Source of the DNA: Deferribacterales bacterium
Lineage (GTDB): Bacteria > Chrysiogenota > Deferribacteres > Deferribacterales > Geovibrionaceae
Reading direction: 5' to 3'
Length of the DNA: 64,000 nt
Assembly: GCA_050251875.1 (NCBI GenBank)
Contig: JBFWMA010000001.1
Span: 64,001 to 128,000 of the forward strand
Shown here: positions 1 through 9,277 of the stretch, piece by piece
Position numbering within the stretch: the first letter of the stretch is position 1
Layout of the letters: each line of letters begins with the position of its first letter
Notes under the pieces: model-generated
What the model was told of the DNA's origin: nothing
The model's database searches: none
The model's input: only the letters and a program-made list of their open reading frames with translations
Translations under genes and position numbers: made by a program

Positions 1-2
1 AG

Positions 3-515
3 AAGGCCGGTTTTCACGAATGCACCATCGAGACAAAGCACAGACACCCTGACGTGATCTTCAATATCATATCACCCGATTCAAAACTGCTGATAGGCAA
101 AAACGCCCAGACTCTGGACGCCATGCAGTTTCTGCTGAACCGTATGGTCAGCTGGGAAGAGTCCGAGGGAATCTTCATAGTGGATGTGGAGGACTATCGT
201 GACAGAGTGGTGGAACAGCTGAAAGACAAGGCTATCAAGCTGGCAAAGACTGTCCGCAGAACAGGCAAACCGATAAAAATGGCGCCCATGGTTACTATGG
301 TGCGCAAAGAGATACACATCGCCCTGAAACAGATAAAAGGAATCAACACAGTGAGCAAGGGCGAGGGGCATCTGAAAGAGATTCTGATAGTGCCCGACAG
401 AAAGACAAGCGGTCCCAGAAGACCCTACAGAGACAGAAACGAGAATCAGACCCAAAATAATAATAGTGAAGAACCTGCCGCTAAGCAGGAAAAAGAGACT
501 TCACAGGAAGCGTAA
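3..515 (+). CDS. jag: Jag/EloR (KhpB) RNA-binding protein, KH + R3H domains; 5' truncated by window edge
   Basis: LLIGKNAQTLDAMQFL (KH), VDVEDYR, RKEIH (R3H) and SKGEG motifs; frame open back to the window start. Confidence 0.88.
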   Translation, partial: KAGFHECTIETKHRHPDVIFNIISPDSKLLIGKNAQTLDAMQFLLNRMVSWEESEGIFIVDVEDYRDRVVEQLKDKAIKLAKTVRRTGKPIKMAPMVTMVRKEIHIALKQIKGINTVSKGEGHLKEILIVPDRKTSGPRRPYRDRNENQTQNNNSEEPAAKQEKETSQEA

Positions 516-516
516 T

Positions 517-750
517 ATGGTTAAATGGCTTTTAGTAATACTTTTAGTCGTAGGAGCTATAAAACTGTTCCGAAAACCCGAAGCTATCAAGGCAAAAGAA
601 GAGGTCAACGCTGTTGACACTGTTCAGGACCCCGTGACCGGTACTTTCGTAAGCAAGGATACAGAGTATAAAGTAAAATACTATGACAAGGTATATTACT
701 TCAGCTCAAAAGAATCTATGGACAAGTTCATAGCGGAAAAAAGAGGATAA
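517..750 (+). CDS. Small membrane-anchored YHS-domain protein
   Basis: ATG at 517, hydrophobic N-terminus, QDPVTGTFV...[15 protein letters not shown]-like motif with the usual Cys residues replaced. Confidence 0.7.
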   Translation: MVKWLLVILLVVGAIKLFRKPEAIKAKEEVNAVDTVQDPVTGTFVSKDTEYKVKYYDKVYYFSSKESMDKFIAEKRG

Positions 751-752
751 TT

Positions 753-1397
753 ATGAAGATTTTTCTGGATACCGCAAACATAGCGGAGATTAAAGAGATA
801 AAAGATCTGGGTATTCTGGACGGTGTTACGACTAACCCGTCTCTGATAGCCAAAGAAAAAAGAGACTTCAAAAAGACTGTCGCCGAAATCTGCGACATAG
901 TTTGCGGACCCGTCAGCGCCGAAGTTATCGCTCTGGACTGGGAAAACATGGTGAAAGAGGGCAGAGAGCTCGCCGACATCAGCGAGCATATAGTTGTGAA
1001 AGTTCCTTTCACAAAAGACGGACTCAAAGCCACCAGCATACTCTCAGGCGAGGGTATCTCCGTTAACGTTACACTGATATTCTCTCCCAATCAGGCTCTT
1101 CTGGCGTGCAAAGCCGGAGCGGCATATATCAGCCCCTTCGCCGGCAGGCTGGACGACATAGGACATGACGGCATAGCCATAGTCAGCCAGTGTCAGGAGC
1201 TGGTAGAGGTATACGGATTCGAGACTGAGGTCATAGCGGCGAGCATCAGAAGCACAGCGCACATGCTCCAGTGTCAGGAGATCGGCGCGGACATCGCGAC
1301 CATCCCCTACAGCGTTGTCATGCAGATGATGAAACACCCGCTCACGGACATAGGCATAGAAAAATTCCTGAAAGACTGGGAATCAGCAGTTAAATAA
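753..1397 (+). CDS. tal: Transaldolase (TalC/MipB family)
   Basis: [20 protein letters not shown] Schiff-base Lys, SPFAGRLDD; Glu in SAEV and Phe in SPF favour transaldolase over FSA. Confidence 0.92.
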   Translation: MKIFLDTANIAEIKEIKDLGILDGVTTNPSLIAKEKRDFKKTVAEICDIVCGPVSAEVIALDWENMVKEGRELADISEHIVVKVPFTKDGLKATSILSGEGISVNVTLIFSPNQALLACKAGAAYISPFAGRLDDIGHDGIAIVSQCQELVEVYGFETEVIAASIRSTAHMLQCQEIGADIATIPYSVVMQMMKHPLTDIGIEKFLKDWESAVK

Positions 1398-1487
1398 GGC
1401 TTCATGGAAGAAGCCCGCGGAGCGTGAGCGATGTGAGGCTTGCCGAATGGAGCGTTGCAAAAATTTTTCAGGATGAAGAAATTTTTG
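1398..1487 (+). repeat. GGA-loop double-hairpin element, copy E1
   Basis: GGCTTC-ATGGAA-GAAGCC hairpin, core AGCGTGAGCG..GAATGGAGCGTT, closing hairpin CAAAAATTTTTC-AGGAT-GAAGAAATTTTTG; similar to 5146-5275, 14022-14129, 14166-14273 and 36339-36429. Confidence 0.85.
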
Positions 1488-1495
1488 AGTATAAT

Positions 1496-1522
1496 GGGCG
1501 GGGTTAACACTCCGCCCTTTTT
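1496..1522 (+). terminator. Intrinsic terminator after tal and E1
   Basis: GGGCGGGGT-TAAC-ACTCCGCCC followed by TTTTT. Confidence 0.8.
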
Positions 1523-1569
1523 GTATCCATGCGCTACATTGCGAAGTCTTTATCTTTTTGGAGGGCTAT

Positions 1570-2352
1570 ATGGCGGATATTAAATTTTATCAGGTGGACG
1601 CTTTTTCGGGAAAAGTTTTCGGAGGCAATCCGGCAGGCGTATGTCCTCTGGCGGAAGAGCTTCCGGATGACGTAATGCAGAATATAGCGGCGGAGAACAA
1701 TCTCTCCGAAACAGCTTTTATCTTCACCCGTGACGGAAGTCTGCACATCAGATGGTTCACCCCCACGACAGAGGTCGACCTCTGCGGGCATGCCACGCTT
1801 GCCTCTGCGTATGTGATGTTTCATCATGAGGGCTTCACCGGACAGATTCTGGAGTTTCAGTCAAAGAGCGGAAGGCTGAGGGTGAAGAACAAAGGAGATA
1901 TTCTTGAGCTGGACTTTCCGGTGACCTCATATGAAAAAACAGATGCCGTGGACGGTCTGGCGGATGCGCTGGGAAAAGCTCCGTCTGAGATATACATATC
2001 GGATGATGTGCTCGCCGTATTCGACAGCGAAGACGACATAGCGGCGATGGAGCCTGATTTCAGAGCACTTAAAAATATTCCATACAGAGGCGTGTGCGTG
2101 ACGGCTAAGGGTAATTCCTGCGATTTCGTAAGCAGATTTTTCGCCCCGAACGTTGGGATAGACGAAGATCCGGTCACAGGTTCAGCACATTGTCTTCTGA
2201 TTCCTTACTGGACTGAGAGACTGAATAAAAAGCTGATGACAGCCAGACAGATCTCCAAAAGAGGCGGTCTGCTCTTCTGTTCTCTGGACTATGACAGGGT
2301 TCTGATAGCGGGCAAATGCGCTCTCTATATGAAAGGCACTGTCAGCGTCTAG
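1570..2352 (+). CDS. PhzF-family isomerase/epimerase
   Basis: QVDAFS..FGGNPAGV, NLSETAF, EVDLCGHATLA, EDPVTGSAH; ATG 1570 after GGAGGG. Confidence 0.92.
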   Translation: MADIKFYQVDAFSGKVFGGNPAGVCPLAEELPDDVMQNIAAENNLSETAFIFTRDGSLHIRWFTPTTEVDLCGHATLASAYVMFHHEGFTGQILEFQSKSGRLRVKNKGDILELDFPVTSYEKTDAVDGLADALGKAPSEIYISDDVLAVFDSEDDIAAMEPDFRALKNIPYRGVCVTAKGNSCDFVSRFFAPNVGIDEDPVTGSAHCLLIPYWTERLNKKLMTARQISKRGGLLFCSLDYDRVLIAGKCALYMKGTVSV

Positions 2353-4208
2353 TCTTTTGCTTTCGGCAGATAGATAGTGAACACGGCGCCTTCTTCTGAA
2401 TTGGAGGCGCTTATCTTTCCATTCATATGTTCTTCGATAATCATTTTTGACATGTAAAGACCGATGCCTGTTCCCTTGCCCTGGGGCTTGGTGGTGAAAT
2501 AGGGGTCGAAAACTTTATTCAGAGCATCTTCCGGTATTCCTCCGCCGTTGTCGGATATGCTGATATTTACTGAATCCTTCAGCGCCAGAACTGCTATCTG
2601 AATATATTTTTCGCCTGTTTTCACAGACAGGGCGTCTTTAGCGTTCTGCACCAGATTCATGAGCACCTGACGGAATTCGGAGGAGAAACCGCAGACGAGA
2701 GTCTCCGGATATTCGCAGGGGGGACGGGTCAGGCTGTTGCATGATTCGAACTCTTTCAGAGGGCATCTGCATGAAACGGTGAAGCCGATAGAGTTATGTT
2801 TTAGCTGGGCTTCCACCAGAGTGATGGTATCCACCACGGCGTTGATCGCCTCGAAATTTGTCTCTTTAGTGCGTGGATCAAAGAAACTGCGGAAATCGTC
2901 TATGGTCTTGGACATGTGCTGAACGAGCTGGAGCGTGTCGGATTTGAAATTTTCCAGCGTGTCGCTGTCCAGAGTGCCGTCTTTAAAACTTTCGTAAATG
3001 AGCTGAACATAGAGCCCCACAGAGTTGATGGGCTGACGCCACTGATGGGCTATGGCGTTCATCATCTGTCCCATGTCGGCGAATTTCTTCTGTTCGAAAA
3101 AGAGCCGCTCGTTGGTGATGCGTTTGCTCATTTCCATCTTAACCCGTTCTTCCAGCTCCTGTGTCAGGCTGGTGAGTTTTTCCATCGTCTCCACCAGCTC
3201 GATGCGTGATTTCTCCTCTTTTGTCCTGTCGGTAAGAGTCATCACTATCCCGGCGGTGACGCCTTCTATCGAGTGCGGAGTCATTTTTATCTCGGCGAAG
3301 AAATCGCCTTTTTTACCAAGATTGACCCACTGCTGAACACGGACGTTTTTCCCAGCCAGACATTTTTTCGCTGATGGGAGCAGAAGCCCGTCCTTAAGAG
3401 ACGTGCTGACGAAATCCCCCAGATATCTTGAGCTGATGGCGGACTGGTCTGTGTCGAACATTTCGCAGAAAGCCCGGTTTGCGCTTTTGTATTTCATGTT
3501 GGTGTCTATGTACGCTGAGTAGTCGTTGACGGAGTTGTAGACATCCGCCATGATTTTAAGATCTTCATTCGCCTTTTTCAGGTCGAAGAGATTTCTGCTG
3601 GTAAACCTGTAGAAGCCCAGCCCTCCGCCGATGATTATCACCAGAGCGATGAAGGCCGCCGATACCGCCGCTTTTAGCTTGGGGATCAGCATGCTGCTGT
3701 AATCGGTCTTCGCCACTATGCCGAAGCGCATGCCCTCCAGATCGATATAGTCATACGCCGCCAGAACTTTATTGCCGTGGTGATCCCTGCCTATTGCTCT
3801 GCCGGTGTTTCCCGCCAGAGCTCTGGCGAGAGGCGCTGATCTGTCTATGGACGCCATGTTTATAATGTCGGTGGAGACCTCTTTGCAGTCTTCTCTGGAG
3901 AGGAGCATGTATTTGCTGTCTTTTGAACGCACGATAAAATCGCAGGTGTATTCGCCGGCGGTGATGAAGTCGAAGCTGTTTTCTATGACGCCGAGCGTCT
4001 TTTTCAGCGCCTCTTTATCTCCTGTGGAGCTGTAGGCGGCGTATATGCTCTCGAAAAAGCTCTTTCTTATGTGGACTATCTCCTCCATCCTGTCCATGAA
4101 CATGCCTCTGGTCTGCATAAACCAATATGTCATGACTGTGGACGCCACAGCGATGGAGAGTGAACACAACAGCAGAAAGAGTAAAAGAGCACGTTTCGTG
4201 TCGTTCAT
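2349..4208 (-). CDS. Membrane sensor histidine kinase (periplasmic Cache-like, PAS, HisKA, HATPase)
   Basis: Two TM segments, IAHQWRQP H-box, NLVQNAKDA N-box, DNGGGI, FDPYFTTK, GTGIGL. Confidence 0.92.
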   Translation of the reverse strand: MNDTKRALLLFLLLCSLSIAVASTVMTYWFMQTRGMFMDRMEEIVHIRKSFFESIYAAYSSTGDKEALKKTLGVIENSFDFITAGEYTCDFIVRSKDSKYMLLSREDCKEVSTDIINMASIDRSAPLARALAGNTGRAIGRDHHGNKVLAAYDYIDLEGMRFGIVAKTDYSSMLIPKLKAAVSAAFIALVIIIGGGLGFYRFTSRNLFDLKKANEDLKIMADVYNSVNDYSAYIDTNMKYKSANRAFCEMFDTDQSAISSRYLGDFVSTSLKDGLLLPSAKKCLAGKNVRVQQWVNLGKKGDFFAEIKMTPHSIEGVTAGIVMTLTDRTKEEKSRIELVETMEKLTSLTQELEERVKMEMSKRITNERLFFEQKKFADMGQMMNAIAHQWRQPINSVGLYVQLIYESFKDGTLDSDTLENFKSDTLQLVQHMSKTIDDFRSFFDPRTKETNFEAINAVVDTITLVEAQLKHNSIGFTVSCRCPLKEFESCNSLTRPPCEYPETLVCGFSSEFRQVLMNLVQNAKDALSVKTGEKYIQIAVLALKDSVNISISDNGGGIPEDALNKVFDPYFTTKPQGKGTGIGLYMSKMIIEEHMNGKISASNSEEGAVFTIYLPKAKD

Positions 4209-4400
4209 ATATCATCCTAATAAAAATATATAACTATGATATCATATAGAGATTCAAATGTTGCAATATTTTAACAAAGTTTTTCGGAAGAGAACTGTTA
4301 TGTTAATGTTACATTTTCACAACGGGCACTTTTGTCTGTTTCTTTCTGTATAATCTTGAAGTAGAATATGCTGTATTTATGTGCGCATGGAGTTATACCT

Positions 4401-5108
4401 ATGAGATATCTTCTGGTGCTTTTTGCGGTGTTTTTTTCCGCTGCCGCATATGCGGACGTTACACTTACTGAAAAGACTGATGACACTGTTTCCGTCAGCT
4501 ATTTTTCGAAAAACAGGATAGCTGTATATGAAGACGATCAGGTGCTGAACATCACCGATCTGAAAAATCAGCTTATTTACGGATTCAATCCGGAGAACAA
4601 AACCTTTTTCAGGGCCACGTTCAAAGAGATGAACGACATATACAAACAGATGTCGGATGAATCTGACGGACAGGATGTCCGGTCTTCCGGCGGAGTCACC
4701 GTGAAAAAAACCGGTAAAGGCGAGTACGCCGGATATACCTGTGACAGATACGATGTAGCCATAACAGGGCAGAATGTCTCATCTCAGATATGCGTGTCGG
4801 CTCAGGTGCGCCAGCTTCTGCTGGGAGAGATGGACGCCGCCTCTCTGAAAAGATGGATGACTATAATGGATTTCGAAAGCGCCGCCGACCCCATCAGAGC
4901 CAAGCTGGACGAGATATCCGACAAAGTGGGCTATGTGGTGTATGAAAAGACCATAGACAACATCCCCGGGTTCACCTCCATGTCTGAAGACGGATATGTC
5001 ACTGTGCTTCAGTCTGTGTCCACAAAACCTGTGGAACCTTCCAGATTCAGTATACCTAAGGGATATAAGCTGGTGCCGACAATGCAGGCGCTGGGTTCAG
5101 AAGAATAA
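4401..5108 (+). CDS. Exported DUF4412-like protein
   Basis: Signal peptide ending AYA; KKTGKGEYAGYTCDRY and FSIPKGYK motifs. Confidence 0.7.
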   Translation: MRYLLVLFAVFFSAAAYADVTLTEKTDDTVSVSYFSKNRIAVYEDDQVLNITDLKNQLIYGFNPENKTFFRATFKEMNDIYKQMSDESDGQDVRSSGGVTVKKTGKGEYAGYTCDRYDVAITGQNVSSQICVSAQVRQLLLGEMDAASLKRWMTIMDFESAADPIRAKLDEISDKVGYVVYEKTIDNIPGFTSMSEDGYVTVLQSVSTKPVEPSRFSIPKGYKLVPTMQALGSEE

Positions 5109-5132
5109 AAAAAGGCGGCTTTTAAGCCGCCT
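5107..5132 (-). terminator. Intrinsic terminator, U-tract on minus strand (possibly bidirectional)
   Basis: AGGCGGCTT-TT-AAGCCGCCT preceded by an A-tract on the plus strand. Confidence 0.75.
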
Positions 5133-5145
5133 CAATTTTATTTTG

Positions 5146-5275
5146 CATAAATTTTCTGTCCATAGAAAATTTATGATACCGTTCCATTCAGGCAGAAGCC
5201 TTCATTCCACTTACACTCCGTACGCAGGTCAAACTAAAGTTTATCCTGCTCCTCCGTGAACCACATCCTGTGGTT
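5146..5275 (-). repeat. GGA-loop double-hairpin element, copy E0 (minus strand)
   Basis: Reverse complement reads AACCAC-AGGAT-GTGGTT CACGGAG..AGTGTAAGTGGAATGAAGGCTTCTGCCTGAATGGAACGGTAT CATAAATTTTCT-ATGGAC-AGAAAATTTATG. Confidence 0.82.
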
Positions 5276-5281
5276 AGTTTT

Positions 5282-5345
5282 CGTCATTGCGAGGAATGAA
5301 ATGACGAAGCAATCTCAACAGTGAAGATTTCTTCGCTTCATTCGG
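5282..5345. repeat. CGTC-type REP-like palindromic repeat (GTCATTGCGAG..GCAATCTC family), partly degenerate
   Basis: CGTCATTGCGAGG..GAAGCAATCTC..AGATTTCTTCG; enclosed by GGTTAGTT/AACTAACC (5272-5354). Confidence 0.75.
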
Positions 5346-5364
5346 CAACTAACCAAAAAATGAA

Positions 5365-8085
5365 TCATTCATTGGACTCGGCGGCAAGGCTGGAGATCGG
5401 GATGATCTTGCAGAAGCCGCTGAAAACGCTCTCCGGATTAGTCTCATACTGATGTTTGAACTCTTTCAGGCTGGCGTTGTACTCTTCGTCTATATCCACG
5501 CCGGAAAAAGCGTCCAGAAATCCGTCTATATGGTGTCTGAGAAACTCGGTGTCCGCCAGCGTCAGATACTCTATCCTGCGCACACCCACTCCCAGCTGTT
5601 CATCCGCCACACTGCCTCTGATATACGCCGCTCCGGCTGTCATGCCGCTGCACACATAATATCCGATGGGCATCTCTCTGTTGACTATGTTCAGCACTAT
5701 ACCGATACCGCCCTGAGCGTATTCCATGAAATAGTCGCCCATGCCTTTTTCGTGACCCAGACCGTATACCGCCACGGGGGGCTTACGGTTGTGGAGTTTC
5801 TGTTCGAATGTTTTCAGGAAATCCGCCCATGTGCTTCTCACACGTCTGGCACGTCTCTTCTGATAGCGTCTGATGAGCTCGTTGAGAATTTCGTTCTTGT
5901 CAGCTCCCTGATATCTCTCCACATCGATGTTTTTCCAGTCTTCCGGCAATCCCGCCTTCATAAGCAGAAGGTTGCGCACGCCGCCGCTCTTCGCCACTCT
6001 GAAAGTTCCGCTGACGGAATAAGCGGCGAAAAGGTCGCTCACGTCTCCCGCTATGTTTATCTCTGACGGGTTCGATGTGTTGGCGACACCCACCTGAGCG
6101 TTCGCCGGAACGCATGTGATGGTGGAGTGGTTGGGGATCACGTTGATCTTAACATCACGCACAAATGCGAAGGCGTGGTTGCCCACCAGCCCTCTCACGG
6201 TGATCTCGTCACATTTAACGCCTGTGCCGATGGTTCTCTGCCCCATCACGTTGTCCAGATAAAATTTTCTGACGCCCCTGTCGGAAGCCTCCTTCATCAG
6301 GTGGTTCAGGTGCATGGATTCTATCTGGTCGAAACCAACGTCTATCTTCAGACTGTCGCCGTCTATATTTTTAAGAATTTTATCAAATTGGTCAGTATTT
6401 TCCGTAAATACAGCCTCTCTGGTTTTGAATATCTTTTTGGTGCGTTCCTTCACAGACACATGGGGAACCTGTTTCGGAAATTCGCCTCTGCCGAATGTTT
6501 CGAACAGCAGGGGATCACTGCCGTGATAACGGAAGCGTCTGGCGCCTATGACATCGGCGTGGTTGGACATTCCCAGTCCCGCCGCCATGCCTTCCATGTC
6601 TTCGTGAAAACTTTTAATCATCTTCACTATTCCGTCACTGGCTGTGACAGGGTCGATTCTGTGTCCGTATTTTCTGGATGTAATGCCCCAGGCGCACTGA
6701 CCTGTGTGGCATCTCTGGCAGAGTGTGCATCCCAGAACATGCAGGGTGCGCATGCCCAGCCCCACGAAGTCAGCCCCGGCAAGCATGGCGAGCATAGCTC
6801 CGAAAGAGTCCATCACGCCGCCCTCGGCTATGATGCTGACATGTTCCCTGAGCCCCTCCTGACGCAGAGCCAGATCGGCTTTGTGTGTCAGATAGACTAT
6901 GTTCAGACCTCTGTTCTGAAGATCCACAAGGTGAGCCGCTCCGGTGGAGCCGTCTCCCGCTTTCACTGTGATATAGTCGAAGCCCGCCTTGGCAATGGCA
7001 ACGCATATCTCAGGGAAGTTCCACGCTGTGCCGTATACGTCTGCGCCTATCAGCTTGTCATCGCCCAGAAGCGCTCTGAGAGATTCCACCCTCATGGGGA
7101 GCTCTTCGATGGAGTACTGAAGGTGCTGGGGGTTGGGCGAGCTCAGGTGTCTGAGCGCCTCCACACAGCGGAGCAGGGCTATTTCATAGTCGTTTTTCTT
7201 ATCCTGAAGACGTCCGCCTTTGCCCTTTTTGGCGTCCTGTCCGTATTTCATGGAGAATCCGGCGAATTTATCCAGCTCCACCCATGGACCGAATCCGCCT
7301 GAGCCGAACTGAAGGATACAGTGTCCGGCGGCGGGCATCATATCCGGATGTATGAAACCCTCTCCTGTGAAGAAGGGTCTGCCCAGCTTGATACACGCCA
7401 TCATACGGGCGAGAACCGCCTCGTGGCTGTTTGATCCGTATGACTGGTGAACGTCCATTATCGGCACATCGCATTTGAAACGGGCTGTTCTTTTGCCCAG
7501 AGTCATTCCCCGCATCTGTCCGGCGTATTCGTTCATGTGGTCTCTGGTGGGGGACAGAATTTCTGCGGCGTCTATCAGCCAGTCGGTGTAGAGCTTTGAT
7601 TTGCCTCTGCCCATGTGCGCAGATGAAACGGTGGATTTCCCGGCGGCGCGGCTGATTATGTTGTTTATCTCTTCGTGACCTGTGAGCGTCACGCCTATGT
7701 CGTGGTAGTCAGGGTTTTCATATACCTTGATAGCTCTCTGGGGGCACATCTTCACGCATCTTTTACAGTTGCAGCACTCGTCCGGATTTATCCAGAGTAT
7801 CTTTTCCAGTATGCGTATGCTGTCTGAGTCATCGGACGCGACTCTGTTTCCGTCTGCGTCATAGCATATCTCTTCCATGCTGAAAACGCCCGTGGCGGAA
7901 GCCGGATCGGTGATGTTATGGGTGCATGCCTCCACGCAGGTTCCGCAGTGTACGCATCCTCTGCCGGGCTCTTCTATCTCGTCCGTCACCTTCACCCAGT
8001 ATTTCGCTCCCTGAGCGTATATGCCTCTCGACTCAGGCTCTGAGTATTTTATATGTCTTTGAAATACAACATCTTTATTTATCAT
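5365..8085 (-). CDS. Glutamate-synthase-related protein: ferredoxin + FMN-binding synthase (GltB2) + GXGXG (GltB3) fusion
   Basis: CVHCGTCVEAC and CCNCKRCVKMCP; SYGS, TGEG, MKYGQDAKKGKGGRL, GDGSTGAA, CTLCQRCHTGQCAWGITS; GQRTIGTG and EYAQGG/CSGMTAG in the C-terminal part. Confidence 0.85.
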   Translation of the reverse strand: MINKDVVFQRHIKYSEPESRGIYAQGAKYWVKVTDEIEEPGRGCVHCGTCVEACTHNITDPASATGVFSMEEICYDADGNRVASDDSDSIRILEKILWINPDECCNCKRCVKMCPQRAIKVYENPDYHDIGVTLTGHEEINNIISRAAGKSTVSSAHMGRGKSKLYTDWLIDAAEILSPTRDHMNEYAGQMRGMTLGKRTARFKCDVPIMDVHQSYGSNSHEAVLARMMACIKLGRPFFTGEGFIHPDMMPAAGHCILQFGSGGFGPWVELDKFAGFSMKYGQDAKKGKGGRLQDKKNDYEIALLRCVEALRHLSSPNPQHLQYSIEELPMRVESLRALLGDDKLIGADVYGTAWNFPEICVAIAKAGFDYITVKAGDGSTGAAHLVDLQNRGLNIVYLTHKADLALRQEGLREHVSIIAEGGVMDSFGAMLAMLAGADFVGLGMRTLHVLGCTLCQRCHTGQCAWGITSRKYGHRIDPVTASDGIVKMIKSFHEDMEGMAAGLGMSNHADVIGARRFRYHGSDPLLFETFGRGEFPKQVPHVSVKERTKKIFKTREAVFTENTDQFDKILKNIDGDSLKIDVGFDQIESMHLNHLMKEASDRGVRKFYLDNVMGQRTIGTGVKCDEITVRGLVGNHAFAFVRDVKINVIPNHSTITCVPANAQVGVANTSNPSEINIAGDVSDLFAAYSVSGTFRVAKSGGVRNLLLMKAGLPEDWKNIDVERYQGADKNEILNELIRRYQKRRARRVRSTWADFLKTFEQKLHNRKPPVAVYGLGHEKGMGDYFMEYAQGGIGIVLNIVNREMPIGYYVCSGMTAGAAYIRGSVADEQLGVGVRRIEYLTLADTEFLRHHIDGFLDAFSGVDIDEEYNASLKEFKHQYETNPESVFSGFCKIIPISSLAAESNE

Positions 8086-9277
8086 TTTTCTTCCACCCGT
8101 AGTCCAGTGATTCTACTGTTTTGTTCTTCACTGTGAAGCCGACTATGCGTCCCGCCTCCGGATCGAACATCTTCAGCTCTTCGTGCATGAAATATGCGGC
8201 GGATATCACCGCTCTCTGTTCCGAGCCGAGCAGGGCTATCTTGTCGTTCACGCCGACAGAAAAAGATCTGAGGTGGTCTCTGTCGGTGAATCCCACCAGA
8301 ACATCGTCCACCAGAGTGATCGCCGTTGCCGGACCGCTCATCTTCATGCGGAAGAGAATCGGGTCGCTCATCAGCTCGTTGTATCTCTCACGTTTTTCCT
8401 CTGTCATTCCTTTCAGTTCCTGAGGAAATTTTCGGCAGATGATCCACTCTATCTCTTCCAGAGAATATCCCTGACGGAGCAGATATGACACGGCGAGGAA
8501 AATTCCCTCGGAATCAGTGCCGACTGTGAGCATTATATTGAGCTGTTCCAGCGCTCTGGCGTTCGCCATGTCGCTGGAGAGGTGACCGTTGTGAACGCCC
8601 GCTACCTCGCCCAGAGATATGGGCTGGGGTCCCCACCAGAGTCCTCTTCCCTGGCTGGTGGGCCAGCGAAGGTGGATGAGGCAGGCGTCATAGAACCTGT
8701 CCTCGTACTGGGGCAGGTCATAGATGTCTATGGTGTCCTGAAGCTCGAAAGCGGTGAGGAATGTACCGTTGTTCTTCGAGCTGGAAAATATTCTGGCATC
8801 GTCTATATACTGTTTGTTGAACCTGCTGACGATGGTGGCTATGTATTTGCCCTCGTCAGATATCTTTTCACGGAACATCATCTCCTCCGCAGACGGGGGG
8901 ATGATGCTGTAGTGCATGATAACGGGCAGGTCGTATTCGTAATAATATTTTCTCTGCACCATGTCACGCTTCTCGAGGATGCGCAGGCCCTCGGCGGCGA
9001 GCACCTGCTCCAGCTCGGATATTTTTCCGGCGGAACGGAACATGATGTGGAAATTATAAAAACCTGAATCTTTGTAAAGACTTTTCAGGGTGACGCCGGC
9101 GCCTGTGCGACCTCTGTACTGAAGACATCTGGCGGCTTTCAGAAGGGCACTCAGCTTGAAATCGCCCGCCACGGCGAGAAGCCCGCAGGCTCCTTTGGGC
9201 AGACCGAGCTCGCCTCCGGAAAAATCGTTTACGCTCAGCTCTCTGGAGCGGGAGAATTCGTCATTCTTAATTATCAT
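8075..9277 (-). CDS. Class II (Ntn) glutamine amidotransferase, GltB1-like subunit
   Basis: GACGLLAV (candidate nucleophile Cys31 after a propeptide), LQYRG, HLRWPT, VHNGHL, TDSE, DRDHLR. Confidence 0.85.
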   Translation of the reverse strand: MIIKNDEFSRSRELSVNDFSGGELGLPKGACGLLAVAGDFKLSALLKAARCLQYRGRTGAGVTLKSLYKDSGFYNFHIMFRSAGKISELEQVLAAEGLRILEKRDMVQRKYYYEYDLPVIMHYSIIPPSAEEMMFREKISDEGKYIATIVSRFNKQYIDDARIFSSSKNNGTFLTAFELQDTIDIYDLPQYEDRFYDACLIHLRWPTSQGRGLWWGPQPISLGEVAGVHNGHLSSDMANARALEQLNIMLTVGTDSEGIFLAVSYLLRQGYSLEEIEWIICRKFPQELKGMTEEKRERYNELMSDPILFRMKMSGPATAITLVDDVLVGFTDRDHLRSFSVGVNDKIALLGSEQRAVISAAYFMHEELKMFDPEAGRIVGFTVKNKTVESLDYGWKKNDK

